Shown here piece by piece: positions 36,805 to 44,585 of a stretch of DNA of 64,000 nucleotides (position 1 is its first letter; the number at the start of each line of letters is the position of its first letter). A program made the position numbers and the translations under genes. Below the pieces are notes generated by a model. It saw nothing but the letters and a program-made list of their open reading frames with translations, was not told where the DNA came from and did not search any database. The stretch lies in assembly GCA_964492745.1 (NCBI GenBank), contig CAZBLT010000003.1, positions 36,653-100,652 of the forward strand. The letters are read 5' to 3'. The DNA is from an uncultured Anaerolineaceae bacterium. Lineage in GTDB: Bacteria > Chloroflexota > Anaerolineae > Anaerolineales > E44-bin32.

Positions 36805-37395
36805 CTAGTAGAAGCCGAAAATGCGCAGGGGCGCGTAAAGAATCTCGGGATAGAAAGCATCCATGAACCAGAGGAAACCCCCGCAGGCCAACACAAGCAC
36901 GAAGCAACCGATCCCAGCCAGGAGCCAGGGAGATCGGCGCCTTTTTTCAACTGCGGGCGCCGCCGCGGCGGCCGGGGCCGCTTGGGGAGCCTGGGAAAGC
37001 TTTGGTGCTGGCGCGGGTGCAACCTCGGCAGCCGGCGGGGCAGGTTCGGCCTTGGCCGCAGTGCTGGCGACCGTCGCAGCCGCTTCGGGAGCCACCGCAT
37101 CGAAGGTCAGGGTCACGTTCTCGCCGAAGGCCACCAGGTCGCCAGGATTGAGCACCCGTGGCGCCACCAACCTCTCGCCATTCACGAAGGTCCCATTGGT
37201 GGATCCGAGATCTTCGAGCACGAAGCCCCCGGGCGTACGCGTCAGGCGAGCATGTTGCCTGGAAACCTCGGCATCGCCCAGGACAACCTCATTGGTGACA
37301 TCACGGCCAATCATGGTGACGTCCTTGGTGAGATCGAAAACCGTGCCCGGCGCAGGGCCTGTTCGCACAATAAGACGGAATGAAGACGATGTCAT
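36805..37395 (-). CDS. FHA domain protein with a Pro/Ala-rich linker and C-terminal TM anchor
   Basis: The FHA pattern is MIGRD....VVLGDAEVSRQHARL......LEDLGSTNGTFVNGERL. C-terminal TM segment WLLAGIGCFVLVLACGGFLWF. GGAGG lies 5 nt upstream. Confidence 0.85.
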   Translation of the reverse strand: MTSSSFRLIVRTGPAPGTVFDLTKDVTMIGRDVTNEVVLGDAEVSRQHARLTRTPGGFVLEDLGSTNGTFVNGERLVAPRVLNPGDLVAFGENVTLTFDAVAPEAAATVASTAAKAEPAPPAAEVAPAPAPKLSQAPQAAPAAAAAPAVEKRRRSPWLLAGIGCFVLVLACGGFLWFMDAFYPEILYAPLRIFGFY

Positions 37396-37446
37396 AGTGG
37401 CCTCCTTCCCTGTCGTCGGCTAGTGTACATTTAGGCAGGAAGCGAG

Positions 37447-38769
37447 TCAACCAGACCCTTTGTCCTCGGTCTCCACTCGGAGCCTCAGCCCGTCCACACC
37501 CACCACGCGCACCCGAGCGCCCTTTGGAATCTCTGACCCCTGGACACTCTCTGCCGACCAGAGTTCCCCGGCCACATGCACACTGCCAAACGGCCGCAGA
37601 TCCTCTCGCACCTCCCCCCATCGGCCGATCAGCGCTTCGACACCCACGGCGGGCGGTCTTCTTTGCGCCCGGATTGCGAAGGTCACGATGGCGATGAACA
37701 GCCCCGCCGTGATCAGCCCTGTGGCCACGACCAGGGGAATGGAGACTCTCTGGAAGGAAGGTGTGTTGGGCGAGTTGAAGAGCACCAACGCCCCCAGAAT
37801 GAACGAGGCGATCCCCGCTGCAGCCAGGGCGCCATGGGTGGGCGCCTTCACCTCCAGCAGAAAGAGCACGAAGGCCATAACCAGGAAGATCAGGCCGAAC
37901 CAGTTCACCGGCAGAACACCCAGGCCATAGGCCCCCAGGGCAAGGCAGACCACTCCGATGAACCCTGCCACCCACCCCCCGGGGCTTGAGATCTCAATCA
38001 GCACAGCTTGTACGCCGATGGTGATCAGCAGAAAGACAATATTGGGGTTGGTGAGCACCTGAAGCAGCTGCTCGATCAGAGTCTGCGGGACCTCCACGAC
38101 CTTGGCGCCACTGGTATCGAGCACCCTTCCTCCATCCAACTTCACTTCGAAGCCGTTTAGTTGCTCAAGGAGAGCCGAAAGGTCAGGCGCGATGAAATCG
38201 ACCAGGCCCGCCTTAAATGCCTCATCCGCGGAGGCAGCCTTGGCCACTTCAATTGTGGCTTCCGCCAGAGCGACTGCTTCTTCCCCGCGCCGGGCCGCCA
38301 AGCTTCGGACCGTCGCCCGCAAGATCTCCTTCTCCTTGGCAGCCAGGGTCTCGTTCAAATCCTCTCCCTGGGCCCCCACCGGGCTGGCCGCTCCGATGGC
38401 CGTCTCCGGCGCCATGGCGGCCGCATGCCCCGCCAGCGTGAGGACCGTCCCAGCGCTCCCGGCGATGGCCCCGCGCGGCGCAATATATACGATCACCGGC
38501 ACCCGGCTGGCTCGGATGAGTTGAACCATGCGGTTCATGAGGTCGATGGAACCACCGGGGGTGTCGAGCTGGAAGATCAGCGCGGTGCCCCCTTCCTGCT
38601 CCGCGCGCCGGATGCCGCGTTCGAGGTATTCTGCCATGGCCGGCGTCAGCGGTCCTCGGGCCTGGAGCAGGTAGACGGCGGGGCTCTCCTCGCTCGAGGA
38701 TGCGGTCCCTACGTGGATGAATGTCGCCGCGGCCATCAGCAACGCAATTGCGAACGCACGAAGTCTCAT
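37447..38769 (-). CDS. NfeD-family membrane-bound ClpP-class serine protease (long form)
   Basis: Signal peptide, a ClpP-like domain (LDTPGGSIDLM...AGSAGTVL), a multi-TM region and a C-terminal NfeD OB-fold (VHVAGELWSAES...VRVVGVDGLRLRV). Confidence 0.85.
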   Translation of the reverse strand: MRLRAFAIALLMAAATFIHVGTASSSEESPAVYLLQARGPLTPAMAEYLERGIRRAEQEGGTALIFQLDTPGGSIDLMNRMVQLIRASRVPVIVYIAPRGAIAGSAGTVLTLAGHAAAMAPETAIGAASPVGAQGEDLNETLAAKEKEILRATVRSLAARRGEEAVALAEATIEVAKAASADEAFKAGLVDFIAPDLSALLEQLNGFEVKLDGGRVLDTSGAKVVEVPQTLIEQLLQVLTNPNIVFLLITIGVQAVLIEISSPGGWVAGFIGVVCLALGAYGLGVLPVNWFGLIFLVMAFVLFLLEVKAPTHGALAAAGIASFILGALVLFNSPNTPSFQRVSIPLVVATGLITAGLFIAIVTFAIRAQRRPPAVGVEALIGRWGEVREDLRPFGSVHVAGELWSAESVQGSEIPKGARVRVVGVDGLRLRVETEDKGSG

Positions 38770-38820
38770 GGTACTCCCTGTCTGGGCATTATAGTCACAA
38801 AAGTGGGATCGGGGCGGGAT

Positions 38821-38848
38821 TTGTCCCTGCCGTTGTCTGTCTTATAAT
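38821..38848 (+). promoter_or_regulatory. Sigma70-type promoter for the NERD-like gene
   Basis: TTGTCC (38821-26), a 16-nt spacer, then TATAAT (38843-48). A second perfect TATAAT on the minus strand (38793-38788) faces nfeD. Confidence 0.5.
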
Positions 38849-38938
38849 GAGCCGGTGAGGGTTGCAAGTCCTGATCTCGAAACAGGCCACCTGCCAGAGA
38901 GAATTCAACCCTGCGCAACCGGTCAGGAAGGCAGCGCC

Positions 38939-39814
38939 ATGCGACGCAAAGATTGTTCACCGTTCCGCGATGAAGACGGCAGCATATCGCTCGAAAACCG
39001 CATCCGAGGCATGCTCCAATTCGGGCCTTCCTGGTACGCCGAGATGCAGGCTCAGGATGAAGCGTTCGCCCGCCTGGACAAGTCCCTCGGTCGCGAGCAT
39101 GTGGCCATCATGAATGCCACCCTTCCCGGATTCGCACTCACCATCCCCATGATTCTGCTTAGCCCGCAGGGCGTGCGAGTGATTCTCCCGAGCCGGCTGA
39201 AAGGTGTCTACCGCGCTAAGGGGGAGGATTGGCTGAAGTTTGGCGGCGGGCGCTCACGGCGCTTTTCGACTGCCCGGCCCAACCTTCAGACGCGTGTCAC
39301 CAGTATGGCCCAGCAACTCTTCAATTTCTTGCGTGACCGGGGATACGAAATCCCTGAAGTAGAGCCTGTGCTTATCTTCACCAACCCGCGCACACACGTG
39401 GACTCGCTCAACGCCCGCGTCCACATTGTGCTCGCCGACGCCATCGATCACTTCGCCGCCAATTTGCAGCAATTCCAGCCCATTATGGACCAGGAAGATA
39501 TCCGTGACCTCAGCGAATTGCTCACCAACCCCGAAGCCGCGCTAGAGGCCGAGGCCCAGGCCGCGGCGCCCCCCGAGCCGTCTGCGCCCCGCCCCGATGC
39601 GCCTATCGATCTGCCCGAACCTACGGCAGCCGAGAAAGATGTGCTCACTGCCGAACAGGCTCCGGCGCTCGTTCCTCGACGCCCACGCGCCATCCGCAAA
39701 GGACCGCTGGCGCTTTCTCGCCGCCAATGGATCCTGCTCGCAACGATGGCTTTCTTAGAGCTGCTTGTCTTGGGCATCTTCCTAATCTACTTCCTCGCCT
39801 ACAGCGTCTATTAG
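38939..39814 (+). CDS. Hypothetical membrane-anchored protein, NERD-domain-like N-terminus (apparently degenerate)
   Basis: The layout ...HVAIMNATLPGFALTIPMILLSPQGVRVILPSRLKGVY...WLKFGG... resembles NERD but lacks the usual acidic/Lys residues. C-terminal TM segment WILLATMAFLELLVLGIFLIYFL. AGGAAGG SD is present. Confidence 0.5.
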   Translation: MRRKDCSPFRDEDGSISLENRIRGMLQFGPSWYAEMQAQDEAFARLDKSLGREHVAIMNATLPGFALTIPMILLSPQGVRVILPSRLKGVYRAKGEDWLKFGGGRSRRFSTARPNLQTRVTSMAQQLFNFLRDRGYEIPEVEPVLIFTNPRTHVDSLNARVHIVLADAIDHFAANLQQFQPIMDQEDIRDLSELLTNPEAALEAEAQAAAPPEPSAPRPDAPIDLPEPTAAEKDVLTAEQAPALVPRRPRAIRKGPLALSRRQWILLATMAFLELLVLGIFLIYFLAYSVY

Positions 39815-39841
39815 CCTGCGGCGGCACCCAGGGAGAGACTA

Positions 39842-40588
39842 TTGCCCCCACTCTTGTCCATTATCATTCCCGCTCACAACGAAGAGCAACGTCTCCCCGC
39901 CAGCCTGGAAGCGATCCTGGATTTCTTACACTCGCAGCCCTATGAAGCCGAAGTGCTTGTGGTTGAGAATGGCAGCCAGGACGCCACTTATGGTATAGCC
40001 TGCGACTTTGCTGCAAGGCACGATAAAGTCCATGCCTTGCACGAGCCTCGCGCCGGCAAGGGTTTGGCCGTGCGCCGCGGAATGCTAAAGGCCACGGGCG
40101 AATACCGCTTCATCTGCGACGCCGATCTCTCCATGCCTATCGCCGAAGTCAACCGGTTCCTGCCCCCGCAGGCTCCGGCCTACGATATCGCCATTGCTTC
40201 GCGGGAGGTCCCCGGCGCGGTGCGCTACGGCGAGCCCGCCTACCGCCATTTCATTGGGAGGACCTTCAACCTGCTCGTGCGCTGGATCGCCCTTCCAGGG
40301 ATCCAGGATACTCAGTGCGGGTTCAAGTCTTTCCGTGCACCCGTGGCCAAGGACCTCTTTCGAATCCAGACCCTGGATGGCTGGACCTTCGATGTGGAGG
40401 TGCTCTACATCGCGCAGAAGCGAGGGTACCGCATCATCGAGGTTCCCATCCCCTGGTATTACAACCCGGGCAGCCGCATCCGCCTCTGGCGCGACTCCTT
40501 GACGATGCTCCTGGACTTGTTTCGCATCCGAGCCAGGGCCAGGCGGGGATACTACGGAGACCTGCATGGCAAGACACTCTCCACCTGA
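39842..40588 (+). CDS. Family 2 glycosyltransferase (dolichyl/polyprenyl-phosphate glycosyltransferase-like)
   Basis: LSIIIPAHNEE, VVENGSQD and CDADLSM (DxD). TTG start with GGGAGAG SD. Confidence 0.85.
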   Translation: MPPLLSIIIPAHNEEQRLPASLEAILDFLHSQPYEAEVLVVENGSQDATYGIACDFAARHDKVHALHEPRAGKGLAVRRGMLKATGEYRFICDADLSMPIAEVNRFLPPQAPAYDIAIASREVPGAVRYGEPAYRHFIGRTFNLLVRWIALPGIQDTQCGFKSFRAPVAKDLFRIQTLDGWTFDVEVLYIAQKRGYRIIEVPIPWYYNPGSRIRLWRDSLTMLLDLFRIRARARRGYYGDLHGKTLST

Positions 40589-41210
40589 CCTGCATCTGGA
40601 ACGAGGGCTGCTTGAGGCCGGCTTCAGCCTCATCGCCGGACTCGACGAGGCCGGCCGCGGCGCCTGGGCCGGACCTGTGGTGGCCGCGGCCGTGATACTG
40701 CCGGTGGATGAACCCAATCTCCTGCATAGCCTCAACGGAATCCATGATTCCAAATTGCTGACAGCCCGACAACGCGAGCGCGCTTGCTCCTGCATCCAGC
40801 GCAAAGCCCTCGGGTGGGGCCTGGGCAAGGCTGATGCGGGCGAGATCGACCGCACAGGCCTGCTTCGCGCCACACGCATCGCCATGCGCCGGGCCTTGCA
40901 GGCCCTCGAGATCGAACCGCGCTACTTGCTGCTCGATCATCTCGTTCTTCCCGAGGTTTCAACACCCCAAACGGCTCTCCCCCATGGCGATGCCCGCTCG
41001 CTTAGCATCGCTGCCGCCTCCATCTTGGCCAAAGTCCACCGCGACCGCGTCATGGCGGATTTGGGCAGGGCCTACCCCGGCTACGGCTTCGGGCAGCATA
41101 AGGGCTATGGCACGCCCGAGCACCGGCGCGCACTTCAAGATTTAGGGCCCTGCGCTATCCACCGCTACAGCTATGCGCCGGTGGCGGCCGCCTTGCGCGT
41201 GGGCACATAG
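40566..41210 (+). CDS. rnhB: Ribonuclease HII
   Basis: AGLDEAGRGAWAGPVVAAAV, DSKLL and ASILAKVHRD. It overlaps the upstream GT2 gene by 23 nt. Confidence 0.9.
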   Translation: MARHSPPDLHLERGLLEAGFSLIAGLDEAGRGAWAGPVVAAAVILPVDEPNLLHSLNGIHDSKLLTARQRERACSCIQRKALGWGLGKADAGEIDRTGLLRATRIAMRRALQALEIEPRYLLLDHLVLPEVSTPQTALPHGDARSLSIAAASILAKVHRDRVMADLGRAYPGYGFGQHKGYGTPEHRRALQDLGPCAIHRYSYAPVAAALRVGT

Positions 41211-41340
41211 CCAATGGATGGGGCGGCACGCGTTAGCATCATGGGCGACATTCGGCAGCCAAGGGGCATGAGCCTTGTCATTGGGCTTCCCTCCCAAGCG
41301 AGGTACACTTGCTGAGCATGAAAACGCCCGGAGAAACTCC

Positions 41341-43494
41341 GTGACGATCGAAGCCTTCTTCCAGCCCCAATCGGTCGCCGTGATCGGTGCCTCAACCAAC
41401 GCCACAAAGCTGGGGCACGCGGTCGTCGCCAACTTGATCGATGGCGGCTTCCTTCAGGATGGGCGCGCGATCTACCCCATCAACCCCAATGCCAGTGAGA
41501 TCCTGGGACTAAAGGCCTACCCCAGCGTCCTGGATGTAGAAGATTCCATCGACCTGGCGATCATCGTCATCCCGTATCCACACGTGCCCCAGGCCCTTCG
41601 CATCTGCGGCGAAAAGGGAATCCAATCCGTCATCGTCATCAGCGCCGGTTTCCGAGAGGCTGGCATGGAGGGCCTCGAGCGCGAACGCGAATTGGTCGAG
41701 ATCGCGCGATCCTATGGGCTGCGCCTGATCGGACCCAATTGCCTGGGCGTGATCGACACCTTCACGCCCCTGAATGCCTCCTTCTCCGCCGGCATGCCCC
41801 CCCAAGGCCCCATGGCATTCATGTCCCAATCCGGGGCACTGGGGACGGCCATCCTGGACTGGGCCCAAGCCGGCCGTTTGGGTCTATCCAAATTCGTCTC
41901 GCTCGGCAACAAGGCCGACGTCGACGAGGTCGATCTTCTCCGCGCCTGGGCCGATGATGAAACTTCGAAGGTCATCCTGTGCTACATCGAAGGCCTGCCG
42001 GATGGCCAGGAATTCATCCGGGTCGCACGCCAGGTTTCGAAACACAAACCGATCGTGGTGCTCAAATCCGGGGTCACACAAGCGGGCTCGCGCGCCGTGA
42101 GCTCGCACACAGGCTCGTTGGCCGGCTCGGAGCAGGCCTATGAAGCCGCCTTCCGTCAGGCCGGCGTGGTGCGTGCCGGTTCACTCCAGGATCTCTTCGA
42201 CTACGCTCTCGCCTTTGCCTACCTGCCCCCTTTGCAAGGCGATCGCATCGCCATCATCACCAACGCAGGCGGCCCGGGTATCCTGGCCACCGACGCCCTC
42301 GAGCAGGCAGACCTGCAACTGGCCCGATTCGATGTCGAGTGTATCCAAGCCCTGGAGCAATTCCTGCCAGATGCCGCCAGCGCCGCCAACCCCGTGGACG
42401 TGCTCGGGGATGCGCGGGCGGATCGCTACCGCTTCGCGCTTGAACGGGTTCTCGCCGACCCGCATGTCGATGGCGTCCTGGTTATCCTGACTCCCCAGGC
42501 GATGACGGAAATCCCTGAGACGGCAGAAGTCATCGGTGAGCTGGCACGGAAGGCGGATGTACCGGTCATAGCCTGCTTCATGGGCGAGGCGCGGGTCGAA
42601 GAGGGCACACGCATCTTGGAGCGTTATCGAGTTCCGAACTTCGGCTTCCCCGAGCGAGCCGCGCAGGTCTTCGCCGCCATGAGCCGATACCGCCGCTATC
42701 GGCAAGAGCCGACTCCCACCTACGAACGATTCGACACCGACCAGGCTGCTGTGCGCGCCATCTTCGATGAAGTCTTGAGCCAGGGCCGTGTGGCTATCGG
42801 AGACGCCGAAGCGCGTGCCATCCTGCAGGCCTATGGATTGGCCATCCCCGAATCGGAGCTTGCCTCCACACCCGAAGAGGCTGTGGAGATCGCTGGTCGC
42901 ATCGGCTACCCCGTGGTACTGAAGGTGGCCTCACCGGACATCCTCCACAAGACCGATGTGGGCGGCGTGCGCGTAGGCTTGGAAAGCCCCGCCGATGTGC
43001 GCGATGCCTTCGATCTGATCACGTACAGGGCCCAGCGGTACTTGCCTGAAGCCCGGCTGTGGGGCTGTCTGGTGCAGAAGATGGTGCCACAGGGTCTCGA
43101 AATCCTGATCGGCATGAATCGAGACCCGCAGTTCGGCCCCCTGGTGACATTCGGCCTGGGCGGCATCTACGTCGAGATCCTCAAGGACGTGACCTTCCGG
43201 GTGGCCCCCTTTTCGCGGCAGGAGGCCCAGGCCATGCTGAGCGAAATCCGAACTCGCGCCTTGCTAGACGGCGTGCGTGGCAATCCGCCCGTCGATAAGC
43301 AGGCCCTATTGGAGGCTCTCTTGCGCATCGGCCAGCTTGTCACCGATTTCCCGGAAATCGCTGAGTTGGATATCAATCCCTTTATGGTGTATGAGGAGGG
43401 GCAGGGAGGCATCGCCCTGGACATGCGCCTGATCTTGCGCCCGCCCTCTGCGGCGCATACCTCCGCGAATCTAGACACAGGGAGTGGGCCATGA
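41341..43494 (+). CDS. ADP-forming acetyl/acyl-CoA synthetase (fused alpha-beta, CoA-binding + ATP-grasp)
   Basis: SVAVIGAS CoA-binding region, a succinyl-CoA-synthetase-like flavodoxin domain with SHTGSLAG (phospho-His loop), and a C-terminal ATP-grasp. GTG 41341 with GGAGA SD is preferred over the track start at 41275. Confidence 0.85.
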   Translation: MTIEAFFQPQSVAVIGASTNATKLGHAVVANLIDGGFLQDGRAIYPINPNASEILGLKAYPSVLDVEDSIDLAIIVIPYPHVPQALRICGEKGIQSVIVISAGFREAGMEGLERERELVEIARSYGLRLIGPNCLGVIDTFTPLNASFSAGMPPQGPMAFMSQSGALGTAILDWAQAGRLGLSKFVSLGNKADVDEVDLLRAWADDETSKVILCYIEGLPDGQEFIRVARQVSKHKPIVVLKSGVTQAGSRAVSSHTGSLAGSEQAYEAAFRQAGVVRAGSLQDLFDYALAFAYLPPLQGDRIAIITNAGGPGILATDALEQADLQLARFDVECIQALEQFLPDAASAANPVDVLGDARADRYRFALERVLADPHVDGVLVILTPQAMTEIPETAEVIGELARKADVPVIACFMGEARVEEGTRILERYRVPNFGFPERAAQVFAAMSRYRRYRQEPTPTYERFDTDQAAVRAIFDEVLSQGRVAIGDAEARAILQAYGLAIPESELASTPEEAVEIAGRIGYPVVLKVASPDILHKTDVGGVRVGLESPADVRDAFDLITYRAQRYLPEARLWGCLVQKMVPQGLEILIGMNRDPQFGPLVTFGLGGIYVEILKDVTFRVAPFSRQEAQAMLSEIRTRALLDGVRGNPPVDKQALLEALLRIGQLVTDFPEIAELDINPFMVYEEGQGGIALDMRLILRPPSAAHTSANLDTGSGP

Positions 43495-44573
43495 AAGCAC
43501 TCTATATTACCTCTATCGAGCCACACGCCGGCAAAACTGCCGTCTGTCTTGCCCTGGGATGCCAATTCCAGGAAGACGGCTACTCGGTGGGATACCTCAA
43601 ACCCGTGAGCACTCAACCTTGGCGCACAGAGGACGGCCGGCTCGCTGATGAGGACGCCTTCTTCGTGCATACCTCGCTGGGCCTTCCGGGAGATCCCATC
43701 GAGGCCGCGCCCGTGATTGTGACCCGCCAGGCCCTCCGTAGCCGCCTGAAGGGCGATGGCGAGGAAGACCTGATGGCGAGGATCGAGGCCGCCGCCGCAA
43801 AGGCCGGGGAGGGCAAGGATGTGCTCTTGCTCGAGGGCGGGGCCAGCCTCCGCGAGGGCTATGCCATGGGCCTATCCAATCTGCAGGTCGCAGGCGAACT
43901 TGGAGCCCCTGCCATCGTGATCGTGCCCTACCGGGGCGAGATGTGCTTGGTGGACGACGCGCTCACCGCCCGCTTCCGCCTCGGCGACCAACTCATGGGC
44001 ATCCTCATTAACCGCGTTCCCGCAGAGGATGGCGAGTTCATCCAGGAGTACGCCAGGCCCTATCTCGAGGCCAAGGGCATCCCTGTCTTGGGAACCCTTC
44101 CCAGCATGCCGCGCCTCTCCGCGCTCAGTGTCGGGGAATTGGCCGAACTGCTCGATGCCGAGGTGCTCACAAAGAACATGGACTCTGATGCGTTGGCGGA
44201 GACGCTCACCGTGGGGGCCATGACCGCCGAGGCGGCCCTCAAGCGCTTCCGCCGCTACCAAAAAAAGGCCGTCATCACCGGCGGCGACCGCACTGACATC
44301 CAGCTTGCTGCCCTCGAAACTTCCACTGTGGTTCTGATCCTGACCGGCAATCTGCGCCCCAGTCCGCTCATCATAAAACAAGCCGAAGCCCTGAACGTTC
44401 CCATCCTGTTGGTCAAGGACAACACGATGGAGACTGTGAACCGCATCGAACAGGCCCATGGCAAGACCCGCCTGGGTCAACCCGAAAAGCTGGAGACTTT
44501 CATTCGATTGGTGAAGGAAAACGTCCGGCTTGAGGTAATCTACAAGGCTCTGGGGCTCGAGCCACGCAGTTGA
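43491..44573 (+). CDS. Stand-alone phosphotransacetylase N-terminal-like protein (BioD-like P-loop + DRTGG domain), no PTA catalytic domain
   Basis: MKALYITSIEPHAGKTAVCLAL P-loop and a GGDRTDIQLAAL DRTGG-type region. Its ATG overlaps the upstream stop (ATGA at 43491-43494). Confidence 0.75.
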   Translation: MKALYITSIEPHAGKTAVCLALGCQFQEDGYSVGYLKPVSTQPWRTEDGRLADEDAFFVHTSLGLPGDPIEAAPVIVTRQALRSRLKGDGEEDLMARIEAAAAKAGEGKDVLLLEGGASLREGYAMGLSNLQVAGELGAPAIVIVPYRGEMCLVDDALTARFRLGDQLMGILINRVPAEDGEFIQEYARPYLEAKGIPVLGTLPSMPRLSALSVGELAELLDAEVLTKNMDSDALAETLTVGAMTAEAALKRFRRYQKKAVITGGDRTDIQLAALETSTVVLILTGNLRPSPLIIKQAEALNVPILLVKDNTMETVNRIEQAHGKTRLGQPEKLETFIRLVKENVRLEVIYKALGLEPRS

Positions 44574-44585
44574 ATGAGGGCGCCG

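Noticed and set aside
41318-41344. 8-codon upstream ORF (MKTPGETP*) whose TGA overlaps the GTG start of the acyl-CoA synthetase
   Set aside because: It is too short and has no SD of its own. It cannot be distinguished from chance without conservation or ribosome-profiling data.
44261-44267. A7 homopolymer inside the Pta-N-like gene, considered as a second slippery site
   Set aside because: The reading frame is continuous through it (RRYQKKAVITGG) with domain motifs on both sides, and no extended alternative-frame ORF follows.
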